From NCBI GenBank assembly GCA_043228905.1, contig JBHGNT010000021.1, positions 5,518,001 to 5,582,000 of the forward strand: DNA of 64,000 bases, in the 5' to 3' direction. The notes under the pieces are model-generated. The model worked only from the letters and a program-made list of their open reading frames with translations, was not told the DNA's origin and made no database searches. The translations under genes were made by a program, and so were the position numbers. Below, piece by piece: positions 11,701-25,387 of the stretch; within the stretch, counting starts at the first letter, position 1, and the number at the start of each line of letters is the position of its first letter. Source of the stretch: Azolla caroliniana (lineage: Eukaryota; Plantae; Polypodiophyta).

Positions 11701-14407
11701 TTTGTTCAATTTCTAAAATTTGTTTTCAAAACATTTTCTCATCTGTTTTCAAGTTCTAATCAATTTTAGAATTTTAGGTGAAAAGTGGCACTGCCCATGT
11801 GAAAAAAAAAACAAATCATCATCCTATATTTTATGCATGATTCATCAGCCTCATGGAAAAAGGAGTATCAGCCTTCTATAAAATTTTATGTGGCGGCTTA
11901 AAAATAATTAGGAAAAAATATTATATGAAGACTTTGACTACAATTCAATTTCCACATATGGTTGGGGTGACTGATAATGTCGATCATATCATGCACTGGA
12001 CGCCACATCTTCAAGAAATTCTGATGAGACATGAACAACAACCCCCTCATGACTCTTTGTCGATTACATGTGCAACATCAGAACCTTGTGACAATTGCCA
12101 ATCTTGAGTTCCTGAACAAAAGACACCATTTTAAGGAACAAAATCCTATCGATGAATAGCACGGTCGTCATCAAACTCTGAGTATAATTTCTACCCACCA
12201 GTAGCAGGTGTCAATTTTTGCCAGTGCTTGCATGGTCAAACTAGAATACAAAATTCTTTTTGATGTGAAGAATTTTACCAATTTGCCTACCTTGTTGTAT
12301 AGTTAATCATTGAATTTACAGGCTACCATGGATTGTTGGTTATCTGTAATTCTTAATATTTGAGAATGGTCCAATTGAACCCGTAATCAAATTGAAATCC
12401 TGAATCTAAAGTGCATTTTTAAGTCGCCAAAACTTATCCAAAGCTAAAGAGAAAATACATACATACATCTATTATCTATCCATCCATCCATTGAGTAGTG
12501 TTGGTTTTTCACTAGCGAGTCACGAGTAGTGAAACAAACCAAGTTGTGAGCCGATGGTTGTGGGATTGTGACAAACCATAACCTTTCTTCATGTTTGTTC
12601 CATGGGATGAACCTTCGTTGGACACACCAAACCTTCCAGAATCGAAGATACCAAATGGGATATAAAATTAGCATGCCCAGTAACTCGTGTATGGTTCCCA
12701 AAGCAAGTCCCAGTTACATAACATATCTACTTGCTAAGCCTCTCAAGGAACATATAGCCCAATGTATTGCGATTCCTAGTGAAAAGGGTCTAATTTTTGT
12801 TGCTTGAGAAGGGCGGTAATGCTAAATACTAGATCTTTTTATGGCAACTACTTTTTTGTTTGGTAATTCCCCAAACTTATCCATGTGTTTTTTTGTATAT
12901 TTGTCTAACGAATCTCTTGTGTATATTAGTATTTCTTATCATTAATTTAGTTTACTCTTTGACTTCTATTTGAACCCCAATTCTGATAGGGAAGGAAATA
13001 CTTCCAATAATCAACAAAAGACTAGGTAGAATGACTGCGGCAAAAATTTAGAGGGTCGGCGGTTTCGTCAGCAAAAGGGAGATGCAAAATGGAACGAAGT
13101 CAATTACCAATTTGTTGGTGACGGCTCTACCCATCGTGGAGACCCAGGCAGGAGATGTATCGCCTACATTCCCACCAATGTCATTTCTATTTACCAATGG
13201 ATATTTGTAGGTGTTATTACCTACGTATTTTCACGGATGTCACTTCTCCATTTATGAGGCATGATTGAACGATTCCACTCACATAGTTCTCTCTCTAAAA
13301 AGATTTTAATATCAAAACGTTATTGATCATGCGATCGAATACTTCTCTCTGAGGAGAAAGCATCTCCCTAGGTAGAGGCATGGGTAGGGACACGGAAACC
13401 ATCGCTTTCTAGGCATCGATCCATTGATCCACCATCCACCTTCCATCTATATCTATCTATCTATCTATCTATCTACAATCTTGTGAGATTAATCATGATA
13501 CAAATATGGGTGAATTCAAGATATCCACAATGAAACAAAAATAAATGCCCTAAGTTTCCTAAATGTTCATGCTGATGGTCTTAGTGCATGCAATGAAATG
13601 ATTCTTGGCACGGTTTACAAACATAAAGTGCTTAAATAATATGCATGGGATGTGTGGTTGTGAGGGGACATGCATCCTATATTGGTTGGTGTGGTGGAGC
13701 GAGGCTATGATGAAGTTCGATGAGAGCATCTATAGGTTCTTGGGCAGATGAGACATGGAAAGCAATGATCTCCATGGTTCTGATGCTGGTGAGGCTTATG
13801 TAGCTTATATGCCTTTATTTGTGGTTTCAGCATTCCTCTGGTCACTCTATGGTGACTCCTCAGTAAATTATCAATGGCGACGTGAGTCTATCGAAGAAGT
13901 CATAGTGAGATGTGTTTGCCATCGCATCCCCTTTGGTAATATAAGGGTTGATTTCCTATGCCTATGAAGGTCACGCAAGATTCGGTTCTTAGACAATTCA
14001 TTTTATCCTCATAAACCAAAAGATTTCGTGAAGATGCGTGTGCGTGCGTGCTTCGCTTGAACGGGACCATCTGGGTCTTGGACCAAGGAGGATGTCCATC
14101 AAGTTATTGAGAAGAGGACGATGTGAATGTAAGATTTGAGGAAACAATGTTACATTTGAGAAGATCGGAAATTTGCACACTCACAAAGAAGATAAACAAG
14201 AAGAATATTATATTGATGGTGATGATGATGATATCACATATTGAGCCCCCCTTGCACAAGCCTTACAAGGGTTTTTATAGGTCTATCCATGCTTCTAACA
14301 TGCACAAAACCATGGGCTTGGAACCATGGTTTTGTGCACACGGGTTTGTACGGTTGTTTCCTATGCCTTTTGAATATGAAAAGAAATACATGACATTTTA
14401 AGTACTT

Positions 14408-14477
14408 GGTAGTAGCCCTAGTGGTAAGATAAATGTCTTTTATCTTGGAGGTGCAAGGTTCAAATCTTGCTTGCACC
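14408..14477 (+). other. tRNA-derived (SINE-head-like) degenerate sequence
   Basis: A-box-like tagccctagtggtaa, T-arm gcaag-gttcaaat-cttgc with a perfect 5-bp stem; anticodon arm not intact. Confidence 0.45.
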
Positions 14478-14519
14478 CCTCTATATGCACACTAGAATTT
14501 TATAATTGTTTGTGTAATC

Positions 14520-15750
14520 CGCGTGGAACCGCACTGTTTCACAATTTCTCCCATTGGACACGCAACATCATGACACCCCTAGATTCATTGCCACTCCTCG
14601 TTGTGTGCAAAAGTCATCTAGGGCATTATGGTGATTTTGTAGGTCGTGTTCAGACTCCGAGAGCAAAAGTATGTTGTCTGCGTAGACCAAGAGACTAACT
14701 TGTGTACCCCTAATGGTTACTCCGTTGCCTCTCTTAGGAGCAATAAAATTAGTGATCTCGTCAATGTAGATCCCAAAAAGAGTTAATGATAGGCGACAAC
14801 CTTGTTTTACACCAATGATGCTAGTGAAGCAATCAGATAGGCCACTTGGGCATCTTACGCACCTAAAAACTTGCTCATATAGAGCATAGATGGCCCAAAT
14901 AATGTCATTTGGTATCTCCAAGCTTCTAAGCCTATCAAACAAACACTCCCTACGAACTGTGACAAAGGCTTTGCGGAAGTCCACAAAACAACAATATAGT
15001 TTCTTGTTGTGAGCCTTCATCTGGTCAAATAAGCATCTAAGTGTGAAGATATGGTCAATAATGGAGAAGACTCATCTAAAGCCAACCTGCTCAGGTGCTC
15101 GAAGACTTAAGGTTTCCATATAATCGCTAAGCTTTGTTCCATTATTGCACCATATAATTTAACGAGCGTATGACCTATCATAATGGTCCTATATGTATTT
15201 GGGTCCATTGGACCCCTTCCTTTATGTATAGGGTCCATTGTGGTGGAAAACCCTCAGCGAGGGCGCAGTTGAAGATTAGAGTGAGAAAAGGAGTTAGGCA
15301 TTCTCAAGCATATATGATGTGTTCGGCTCGCAATCCTGCGTGGTCCATGGACTTCATATGTTGTAATTTTTTTATGATCTTTGTGACCTTAGAGGTCGTG
15401 AAAAGTGTCCTTGTGGTAGGTCGAGGTGTGGAAGGCATTGGAATGGGTGGTTGGTTCGGGACGTGGTAGAGTTTCTCTATATATGTGTGCCAAGTGTTGG
15501 GATCGTCAACGGGTGTTTGTGGTCTCAGTTCTCGTAGTCTCTTCCATGCAAAGGCGCAATCCTTGCTCATGAGCACATGGTAGAGTTCCCAATATTGAGA
15601 TGCTTCACAAGCTCGTCTTTTACGGCGTGTCATCTTGCGCAGCTCTTTGCGAGCTTGTACTGAGGAAATAGTACCACTAAGCCGCGACACTTTATAGAAA
15701 ATGTACATTTCCTTCATAAGAGGAGGAGAGGGGTTTGTGGTGTCCAAAAA
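14520..15750 (-). mobile_element. RTE-like LINE fragment (RT region, decayed)
   Basis: YRTIMIG, QVGFR, LYCCFVDFRKAF, GVKQGCRLSLTLFGIYID and LLVYADN motifs, with stops and frameshifts. Confidence 0.85.
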
Positions 15751-16329
15751 ATCACGAAGAAAAAGATGTTAGAGCCGAAGAAGCTTTTTAGGTTTGACAT
15801 GGGTTAAAAACAAACTCCGGTTAAAAAGTTAACCAGGGTCAGGGTTGGGTTCTGTTTCCCCCTTTCGCTCTCAAGACGAAGAAGAAGAAAGAAAGAAAGA
15901 AGAAGAAGGAGAAGGAGCAGCAGAAAGACCAGAAAGAACAAAAGAAAAAGAAAAGGCAGGCAATCTCTTCTCTCTCACAACCGAAGCACATCCTTCTGAC
16001 AAGAAAATTCGGCCTTCTGCTCATCTCATGTTGGCTATGGCTCCCCCACAGAGGGTTTCTGCACGCTTTCTTTCTCAGTAAAACTCCCCCAAGAAAACAA
16101 ACGAGAAAGGGCAACCCTAATCCCCCGGTTTCCCGCCAAAACCTCACATTCTCCTTTAGCTCATTCTTCGGACAGCGTTTCCTCTTCTTCCCTGTTTCTT
16201 TTCTACGGTGTAAGCCCGAGTTCTCCCCTTTTGTCTTGACAGTGATCATTTCAAAAATTTAGTTTGCTTTTATTTTAATGATCATTTGTGAACGAAGTTT
16301 TCTGAGCTTTGCTTAGATGTGCAGGTGAG

Positions 16330-18801
16330 ATGTATTCCGATCGCATTGCTTCAAGCTCAGCAGGAAGTAGGAAGAGATCTATCAAGGATAGGCTTGGTAC
16401 GACTGTTCAAAACGGAGAGGAATCCTCCAGACAATCCTATTCAAAGCGGTAAGCGTAGACCTTTTAAATACAAACATACGCACCTTACATACATAAAAGA
16501 CGTACATGTGGACATACCGACAGAAACAGATGCATACATACCTAGAATTCATACAATACATATACACATACACCCATATATTACATATCTACATGAATAC
16601 AGTCACATTTACACATACACGCATAGCTGAGCACGCTCCTATGTTTGTATGTATGTATGTATGTATGTATATGCATAAAGTATATTCATTTGTCTTCTGT
16701 AACACACCGATAAATGTCCAACTAGAAAACTTTGTGACTTTATCATAAATTTCAATGGCATATTGAAGCGTTCATGCTGAACTAACACCTGAGTGAATCT
16801 TAAGTGTGCTATGTGTTTGCCTTTCTTGTCTATGGTGTTGAGATGCATTATAGTATTTAATACACAAACGACAATTCGGAAGCTTAAAATATGTAACTTG
16901 CAGATGCCACCAAGGATGATATTATCACTTAGGGGTTTCAAAGACTTTTGCTAGTGATGTTGCTCAAAGTTGGATATTTTTTTGGAATTATACATGCAAA
17001 CTTCCAAGTCATGGGCCACATATATTGATATAGCTAAGCCTTGAACATTCAGGAACAGTTTGGATTGTTCCCGTGAAATTAAGACTGTTATTCATCTCAA
17101 TGTTTCCCAAATTCTCTTTCTCTTGATGTTTGGTTCATCATAACTTATGCAAAAGGCCACAGAAAAGTTTTACTCATTGCTTACTAATGATGGGAAACAT
17201 TGTTAAAATTTGAAATGGGAAACCTGAAAATGATTTAAAACCTTGTGGACATACTCGTAATCTCACTGAAATTTATCCGAACAATTCTTTATTTTTAGTT
17301 TCCGTATGCACTTTTTCTAAATTTGATGCAAGGTTTTCAATAATCTTTGAAGTTTTATATTTGAAAATTCCATGCTATTGATGCCAAATTTAAAGCCAAA
17401 AAAGGAAAAGACTCAAGCTGGAAAGCCTGAATGAGTGAAACCTATTTTACATGTAAAAATCTGAAACCTCTAATTGGCAATTTCTACTCATCTCATTGTC
17501 ATCCTCTTGCTTTCTTACTCTGTTGTCATCATTCTGTAAGTTTTCCTTTCTCTAAATTCTTATTAATTTATCATGTGCCTCCTCTATGACATTTAGCTCC
17601 ATTCTATTAAATACATAATCAGGAGATAGAACCAAGTAATGCATGAATATTGAATTTGATAAATTTGGTTTTGGAGTGCAACAATTAAGCTTTAGCTGAT
17701 TACCAACCAGCCACATATTTGTTGTTTGTGCTTAGTCACCTTGATGGTGATTAATTAACTAGTAGGCACACAAAAAATGGTTTATATGAGCCCCACCCTA
17801 TTGTTCTGGTATCGAGAACTCCTCTTCATTCCTGATGACTCATCATAGATCATTATGATAATGGTTATAGCATCTATCCTGTTTCTTCTTGATTGGATAT
17901 ATGTGGGTCTGTAATCATGGATGATATCTACCTGTGAATTTTGTAGAAAATTCACTGCATGATTGTAAAATTCACATATGCCTACATGACATGTGACATT
18001 TCATGACTTATCCATGGTAAATCTTAAAGGACAATAGGCGAGAATTTGTCTATACTTACATGACATGTGACATCTAAAGGACAACAGCCAAGAATTTGTC
18101 TATACTTACATTTCGAAGCAATGGATCTAATGTCCGAAAAAACCAGCAGTTCCACACACTTATACATGTGCATGTATGTATATATATGTGTGTATATTTA
18201 CATACATATCTATATTATACTTATGCTAATATATATTTGCGTAGCAAACAAATGCAGTATATATTTGTATAAACAAACTAAATTTGTGAGCCACCGAGTA
18301 TTGAAGTCTTAAAATGCGTATTGTTTCACATACCTTCTGTATTTTACCAGGTTGCAAGGTTATGATGGGAAGTGGCAGCACGACATGTATGATGATATTG
18401 ATGATCCTCGACCAGCAGTAAAAAGTACATTATACCCTCATTTCTTGTAAAATTTGAAATTTGGTCTGCTACACATTGTCTTTTTATGTGATTCTAATGT
18501 GAGCTTTAACTTGTGATCAGATGAACAAAGAGGCAGTGAGGATTTAAGGACAAAGTTGAAAAAGACTGTCTCTAGAAATGCGCAAATTGGAAATAACTCA
18601 TCAAGTGGAATTAAAGACTTAAGGGAGAAGCTTTCTGGGCCAACTCCACCTCCTCAATCTCATCCACAAGTAGTTACCAAACTACAACAACGCACTTCAT
18701 CTGTAATGAAGCCAGTAGCACCAAAGATCACCACTGTGCCTGTGACCAAGCCTTCAGTAGCTGCTGCTAAACCTCCAGTTGTGCCAAAAGTATCAACTAT
18801 G
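16330..18801 (+). CDS. First three coding exons of a plant SAM-domain-containing protein (SAM exons not found)
   Basis: Exons 16330-16448, 18351-18424 and 18521-18801 splice in phase with GT-AG. They give MYSDRI...RSIKDRLG...KR...DGKWQHDMYDD...DLRTKL...DLREKLSG, the recalled N-terminal motifs of plant SAM proteins. Confidence 0.78.
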
Positions 18802-19219
18802 GTAAATTCTCGTTACGATTTTTCATTTTCAAAAACTAAGCTAATATATCGTCTTGGTCCTTGGAAGCAGTTTTCATAATTTCTCATAATGTGTTATCGT
18901 TGAATAGAATCTCTTTTTTGAGCACAATATATGCATTTGTTATGTTTGAGCGTTCCCAAGCAAAAAAACTTGGTTAAGTAGCTCCTTTTATGAGCCTATC
19001 CCATATTTAGGGCATGGACAGAGTTAATGAGGCATGACTGAGCTTGAACATCGTCATATGTTTCATGATGATTCATGACATGTTTGCATTTGCACTATGT
19101 AAAGAGAGTTTCTTTTGCATTATTGTACTGTGGAGTTTTAATGGCACATCTTGAGAGTCAATGGAACCTGGTTGACTGGATCTTTTCCCAAGCCTGTACC
19201 TACTCTTAGGCACGGGTAG

Positions 19220-20560
19220 TGTCATGACCTTAATTGTCATGGGACCATTCCGAGACATCCTTAGGCATAGGTGTGGACCTAGCACATTGCGTTGGTGAGG
19301 AGTTGCACATTGTGAATGGGGGTTAGTCTATAAAGGCATTTCCAAAGGCTGGGAGAAAAATCTAGAGAATACACCACACCCCTGTTAGTGTTGTTGCTCA
19401 TCCACATAATCATTTCCTTCGTCATATTCATCTTCTTCACCACTTGTGCTTTGCCTATACATAGAGAGAGACAGAAGGAGAGGGCACAACTAGAGGACTG
19501 TGTTGATTGGTATCGGAGTAAGGCTATCAAATTGTCATTACCACTGTCCTAGCTGTTGCACATCACTGCATTGATCACATTCATCCCATCAGTCTTTATG
19601 TGATAATTGAAGTTCCTAGGGTCTAAATTAGTTGAACCTTGTCACTGGGTTCTATCCAATCTCTTAGATCTGACCCTTTGACGGAGAATATCCCCAATGA
19701 TGTTCATATCAATGGGTCAGTGACCTCAGGGAGATAGTCAATCAAAGACAATGTCTTCGAGAAATGCCTGCTTGAACAATAACCAGCAACCAATCTATTT
19801 GCACTGTTATACATATCCCTGGGCAGTTGGAGTGGAGTTGGTATGCCCACAAACCCTAACTGCGCGGTGTTTCAGTTTGGAATGCCAATGCAGTTGATTA
19901 GTGGCTCATAAAATGGGAACCAACCTTCCAATTATGTGAGATCATAGATGATCAAACCGCATAGAACTTGTTTCATTTAACCTACTAGGCATAGAACATA
20001 GATGGACGAAAGTGGTTAAAGATCGCCAAATGCCTAAGAGATGGGGTCTATTTTAGATCAATGTTATGAATAACTTCATCTCACCAGATGACCTTAGTAA
20101 GTCCCATGATTATTGCAGATAATTATTGTGTATGAGTATGCAGATAATTATTGCGGGATTTTCCATAGTATACCTGAGGAGATACTTGATTATTTCCAGG
20201 CACATGATCTGCCTTACATCTTAAGAACTGAGAAATGTGCCACACCAAGTCAGGTTATGGAGATGACCTTGGTATATGAGGACCGTAGGAAACATGTTAC
20301 TCAAGTCGTTGACATAGGTAAATCAATGGTTAGTGCTAGAATTGTTTTTGTTAGTTGAGAGAAGTCTAAGCAGCCTATACACGTCATTTTCTTGTAAACT
20401 TGTGTATGGTAAGATCTCAAATCTTTCTAGTAAGAAGCCTAAATCTGGTTTGATTCCAGAACTGCAAGACAATGCTAGGTGTGAAGGCCTATATTTTGAC
20501 TGTTCAGGCCAATATCAACCTGGAGATTACCTGCAGGGAAAAAGAAAGGATTGAGCTAAT
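19220..20560 (+). mobile_element. Highly decayed Ty3/gypsy LTR and gag remnant
   Basis: LTR-like segment with ctataaagg; gag-like FNLLGIEHRW...MPKRWGLF and a knuckle remnant GLYFDCSGQYQPGDY. Boundaries approximate. Confidence 0.4.
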
Positions 20561-20599
20561 GTAGTCTCAGTTCCAATTGTGCTGTCTACATTTAGCAAT

Positions 20600-21156
20600 G
20601 GGCCCGGTTCGGTTTCTTGGCCTTGAAACCAAACCAAACCCTTTATTAATAATAAAAACTGAACCAAACTGTTTAAAATGTATGAAACCATTTAAACCGA
20701 ACCATTAAACCAAACCGTTTAAAGAATAGGAGAAACCAAACCGTTTATGAAAAATTTAAAATCAAACCAAACCGGTTTATCATACATCAAACCAAACCAA
20801 ACCAAACCATTTTTTATTGATATTAATCATCATACTTAATATAAATTTGTGTGAGAAAATCATCATAAATTTTGTCATCATACTTATCATAAATTTTGTT
20901 ATCATACTGATCATAAATTTGATCATCATACTTATCATATTTGATCATCATAAATGTAAAGGAGACTCTACATATAATGCATATAAAATTTAATAAGTTA
21001 AAACTAGAGTTTAAAATTAAAAGTTGAAAGTTAGAGCCTATATGAAAAAATTTATGTTTATTTTTTAACCTATAAACCTTTAAATCTTTAAACTGAACCA
21101 TATAAACAGAAACCGATAGCCAATAAGCCGATAAACCGCTAAATTCAAAACCGATT
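20600..21156. repeat. AAACC(G/A)-rich MITE-like element with an internal about 24-bp tandem repeat
   Basis: Dense aaaccg/aaacca motifs; atcatacttatcataaatttt-type units at about 20825-20953; runs into the gap. Confidence 0.55.
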
Positions 21157-21256
21157 NNNNNNNNNNNNNNNNNNNNNNNNNNNNNNNNNNNNNNNNNNNN
21201 NNNNNNNNNNNNNNNNNNNNNNNNNNNNNNNNNNNNNNNNNNNNNNNNNNNNNNNN
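21157..21256. other. Assembly gap (100 N)
   Basis: Run of exactly 100 n. Confidence 1.
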
Positions 21257-24200
21257 AATCTATCATTGATATATCCTTATTTTATGCTTACTTTAGTACC
21301 TAATCTCTAATATTTGGTTTCAGAGCCTATGTACTAACGTTTCTTTTGGTTTTCTTTTTGTCTTCGCGTGGGATGGCGATTGATCGTTGTGCGGTCGCCT
21401 TCATGCAGACAAGGATTAGCGAAAGAACTTCGGTAAATTTTCCTTAATTTTTTATCTAATTTTTCTTCTCCCTTCTATACATGTGTATACTTAATATGTA
21501 GTTTTTTTTTCATATATTCAATGATGTTGACGTGGTATTTAATTGGTTATCTTAAACGTTTACATATGTCCACGAGGTCAATACCTCGTTTGACATATAA
21601 ATCATATGTGATGAGTGTCGTATGCGTACGAGGTTACTACCTCAATTGCGTATTACGTTCACGAACATATGTTACGTTCGCGTACGAGGTCAATACCTCG
21701 ATTCGTTCGAAATGATATGCGTTGGATTTACTATGCGTAAGAGGTCAATACCTCAATTGCGAATTACGCTTAACCTTATTTTCGGATGTTTCGTGTGCGT
21801 AGAGGTATATGCCTCGATTACGTATCCCGAATACATCATTGTTGGCTATATAAAAAAAAACGATTCATTTAGTATACGCATCTGTGGTCACTTATATACG
21901 TCTCTGATCGTATATATGTGATATATTGACATATGTGTATATTTTAGATTACGTGATTTATATCAAATGTTTTCCTAATTGGGGAGAGGATTTTGGTGGC
22001 CGTCCTCACATTTTTGTGAGAATGGCGTTGTCACCATCCCTTTTATCAACAATTTTTATTGTTGAAATTCCCGTTGGTCACTTTGATCTTTCGTTACGTA
22101 ACGAACCTCATATAGCCAAAATGATGTTGAATACGTCGGGCTTGATCCACATCAAGTAGGGTCGCTCTAATGACACACGTATCCAACATCTCCCCTCGTT
22201 ACATGGATACGATGCCACCATGAGCTCGTTCTTACGAGCGCCATTCGTAATGACGTGACCATGTGATGGGCCACATGAGCCTACGAAGACACAAGGGCTC
22301 ATTCGGCTTGACCATTAGGTTACACTTTGGCATATGCCATTGTACTTACGAGGCTTGAGGGTAGGTAGCGTACAACCATAGTGGGTAATAAATGAGGGAG
22401 AAATAAGGCCACTTCACCTATATGTTTCTTTTAAAAAAAACATATAGGGGCAAATGCCTCGCATATCTCGAATACGCCTCAAACATTAAACATTCAAGAC
22501 GCACAATCTACTTGGTTGGCTCAAGTGTTTAATGTATTTGTCCTCGAGGTCTCGAGTTCAAATATGACCAACACCATACAACATCGTTGATACATATGAC
22601 TATAATACATGTTTAGACTTTAGGTCTAAGTGCACTTCGGGGTCCTCGTAATAGGACTTAAAGAGCCGAAACCACATATGTGGGCACAGAAACATAGTTA
22701 TTGTTAACATTTTTTTCGTGTATAAACTATTCATGACGCGAACATACATGGTTGAGCCTCGGGGAGCCGCCATGAAAAAAATCGATATAGAGATCAGGGA
22801 AAGGCATTCATTTGTCACCCCCATGGTTTTTAAAACACCTCTGTGTTACCATAGTAACCTGATCTTGAACCTCATCTCATACGTCTAGAGGGGTATTGAC
22901 GTGAGATCATGATATCGATTAATGTTTGCCCATGATATGTTTACACCACGACAAGATGTTATGACTATTTGTCTGACCTTATCTTATTTCTTTGCCAGAA
23001 ATAATCATTCAATGGCTCAGAATAACGACCCGATGCCCTCCGCTCAAGCGGAAAGACCTCAAGGAAATCCTCCTGGGACAATGTCCATTGAGGCGTATAT
23101 TTTACAAGTACAACATTTCCTTAGTTCAACCGCGCAGCAGTTGACCGAATTTCGGCAATCTCAAAGTGCTCTCGAGGCACGAGTCATTAGTCTCCAAAAT
23201 GAGATTAATAGACCTGATGAGCGTCAGGGTGAACCATCATTTGTCGTAAAGCCATTTACGGGAGATAAAAAGGAAAGAACCGAAGAAGCAATCTGCACGT
23301 GGCTGGGCCGATGGGAGTCTCATTTTGAGCTCTATCCCACGCCAGATAGTACGAAGATTGCATATGTCGGCCGAGAACTAGGGGGTAAGGCCGCCGCTTG
23401 GTGGCGTGGGCTCCGAACTTTGGGGAGATTGCCCGAGACCTGGACAGACTTTGTCACAGTTTTCAAGGGTCAATTTCTACAACCTCCCTCTCGAACCGAG
23501 GCAGCACAAGCTTTAATGAACCTCTCTAGCAGGAAGTTTTCCTCGCTAGAAGATTATGTCCACCATGCTAGAACCCAAATCCAAAAATCGGGTCTAGAAG
23601 GGGACAATTGGTTAATAGCTTGTTTTGTCAATGGCATCCCCAATTCGGACTATCACTGGATAGTGCACGATAAGGATCCAAAATCCTTCGAAGAGGCCGT
23701 TGAGATAGTTCTTCGCTATCAACGCACTTCGAAGAAGGACCATAACAAACCCAACGAAGCGCCCGGGACTAAGCAGTCACAATTCGTTGGGAAACGCAAG
23801 ACACCCAACGAATTCATGGATCGCGATTATAAGCGACAACATCCTTTTTGCGTATTCTGCAAAAAGAAGGGTCATACAAAAGAGCAATGTCGTAAGCTCC
23901 AACGAAAAGAGCACGACGCCAAACCTAAAGCTACAGACCATAAAGGTCAGATTCCTAATGTCCTTCAGGTCTATACACATCATTTGAGTAATTGTCAATG
24001 TTCTTTCCCTCATTATGTATTGGGTCCCAATGATTTACTACGTGCAAACGGGTATATCAATGGATCTCCCGTACAATTTTTATTTGATTCGGGAAGCTCA
24101 CACAATTTTGTGAATGATCGTTTGGTACAGATATGGGGAATCCAACCCACCGTAAGTGATCACACCTACACGGTGCACTTGGCTGATGGAAGAGTACAAC

Positions 24201-25385
24201 ACATCAACGGGGCGATTCATTCTTTAGGAATTTCTATTGATACCTATATAGAGGAAGTAGACTTCCATGTAATGAATCTTAGTACCACCGATGTAATACT
24301 GGGTTATCCCTGGTTTTATAATAAAAGCTCTTCTTTATTTATTGATTGGGTTCGCCATTCCATTTCTTTTGTACTCAACGATTGTACGCATTTTATTCAA
24401 TGTGTAACAAAACAATCCCTCTCGATTGTTTCCTCGTGTCCATCAATATCCGAGTTGTCTTGTTCTACGTTATTTTATTGTGTACTTGATCCGGACATTC
24501 ACGTTTACAATATCGATAATGTCTCGGGTCAATTAACATATTTTGAACAAAAACAACTTGATGAAATCGTAAACGATTTTCGTGATGTTTTTCCGAGTGA
24601 ACTACCCGATGGTTTACCTCCTAAACGTAATATAGACCATCGTATAGATATTGTACCTGGCATTGCACCCATTAGTATACCTCCGTATCGCCTAAGTCGA
24701 TCTGAAGAGGATGAGGTAGCTAAGCAACTTAAGGACTATTTACGAATGGGTTATATACGTTATAGTAAATCTCCATGGGGTGCACCAGTTCTCTTGGTTA
24801 AAAAGAAAGAGGGCACATGGCGTATGTGTATTAATTACCGACGCTTGAATAAAGTGACGATCAAGAATTCGTACCCATTGCCCCGGGCTGACGATCTAAT
24901 TGACCGTCTCCAGGGAGCTCGGTATTTTACGAAACTTGATCTCCGTACTGGCTACCATCAAATACGAATAAGTGAGGACGATGTTCCTAAGACAGCATTT
25001 CGTACGCGCCACGACCATTATGAGTTTTTGGTTATGCCTTTTGGTTTGACCAATGCTCCGGCTACATTTCAACAAGAAATGAATGACATTTTCCGAGAAC
25101 AACTTGGAAAATTTGTCGTTATCTTCTTAGATGATATTTTAGTTTATAGTCGTACATTACAAGAACATGCTAGACATGTCCGCTTTGTTTTACAAATATT
25201 GCGTGACAAACAATTTTACGCGAAGATCTCAAAATGTGAGTTCTTCAAGAAATCAATTACTTATCTTGGACATCTCATAACCGAACGAGGAGTTGAAATT
25301 GATCCTTCTCGCATCGAGAAAATCAAGCTTTGGCCCACTCTTCGGAATATTCGAGAAGTTCGATCATTCCTTGGTTTTGTCGGAT
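21257..25385 (+). mobile_element. Ty3/gypsy (chromovirus-type RT) element, 3'-truncated after RT
   Basis: LTR tail, then an iMet-type PBS at 21315, a 1.7-kb leader and a gag-PR-RT ORF that is replaced by LINE sequence after RSFLGFVG. Confidence 0.88.
21315..21327 (+). promoter_or_regulatory. Primer-binding site (tRNA-iMet type)
   Basis: TGGTTTCAGAGCC, one mismatch to TGGTATCAGAGCC, 2 nt after a probable LTR end (ctaaTA, CA>TA). Confidence 0.75.
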
Positions 25386-25387
25386 AG
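23012..25387 (+). CDS. Gag-protease-RT polyprotein (truncated; no RNase H or integrase)
   Basis: KAAAWW...LPETWTDF (gag), [14 protein letters not shown] knuckle, [10 protein letters not shown] protease, RT motifs [22 protein letters not shown] and FLDDILV. Confidence 0.88.
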   Translation: MAQNNDPMPSAQAERPQGNPPGTMSIEAYILQVQHFLSSTAQQLTEFRQSQSALEARVISLQNEINRPDERQGEPSFVVKPFTGDKKERTEEAICTWLGRWESHFELYPTPDSTKIAYVGRELGGKAAAWWRGLRTLGRLPETWTDFVTVFKGQFLQPPSRTEAAQALMNLSSRKFSSLEDYVHHARTQIQKSGLEGDNWLIACFVNGIPNSDYHWIVHDKDPKSFEEAVEIVLRYQRTSKKDHNKPNEAPGTKQSQFVGKRKTPNEFMDRDYKRQHPFCVFCKKKGHTKEQCRKLQRKEHDAKPKATDHKGQIPNVLQVYTHHLSNCQCSFPHYVLGPNDLLRANGYINGSPVQFLFDSGSSHNFVNDRLVQIWGIQPTVSDHTYTVHLADGRVQHINGAIHSLGISIDTYIEEVDFHVMNLSTTDVILGYPWFYNKSSSLFIDWVRHSISFVLNDCTHFIQCVTKQSLSIVSSCPSISELSCSTLFYCVLDPDIHVYNIDNVSGQLTYFEQKQLDEIVNDFRDVFPSELPDGLPPKRNIDHRIDIVPGIAPISIPPYRLSRSEEDEVAKQLKDYLRMGYIRYSKSPWGAPVLLVKKKEGTWRMCINYRRLNKVTIKNSYPLPRADDLIDRLQGARYFTKLDLRTGYHQIRISEDDVPKTAFRTRHDHYEFLVMPFGLTNAPATFQQEMNDIFREQLGKFVVIFLDDILVYSRTLQEHARHVRFVLQILRDKQFYAKISKCEFFKKSITYLGHLITERGVEIDPSRIEKIKLWPTLRNIREVRSFLGFVG

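Noticed and set aside
14408-14477. Functional tRNA gene
   Set aside because: Anticodon and acceptor stems are imperfect; treated as a tRNA-derived relic (likewise 22512-22576).
21564-21835. CRISPR array
   Set aside because: Eukaryotic TE context, no cas genes, conserved core only about 14 bp and spacers partly related to each other; kept as an RNA hairpin array.
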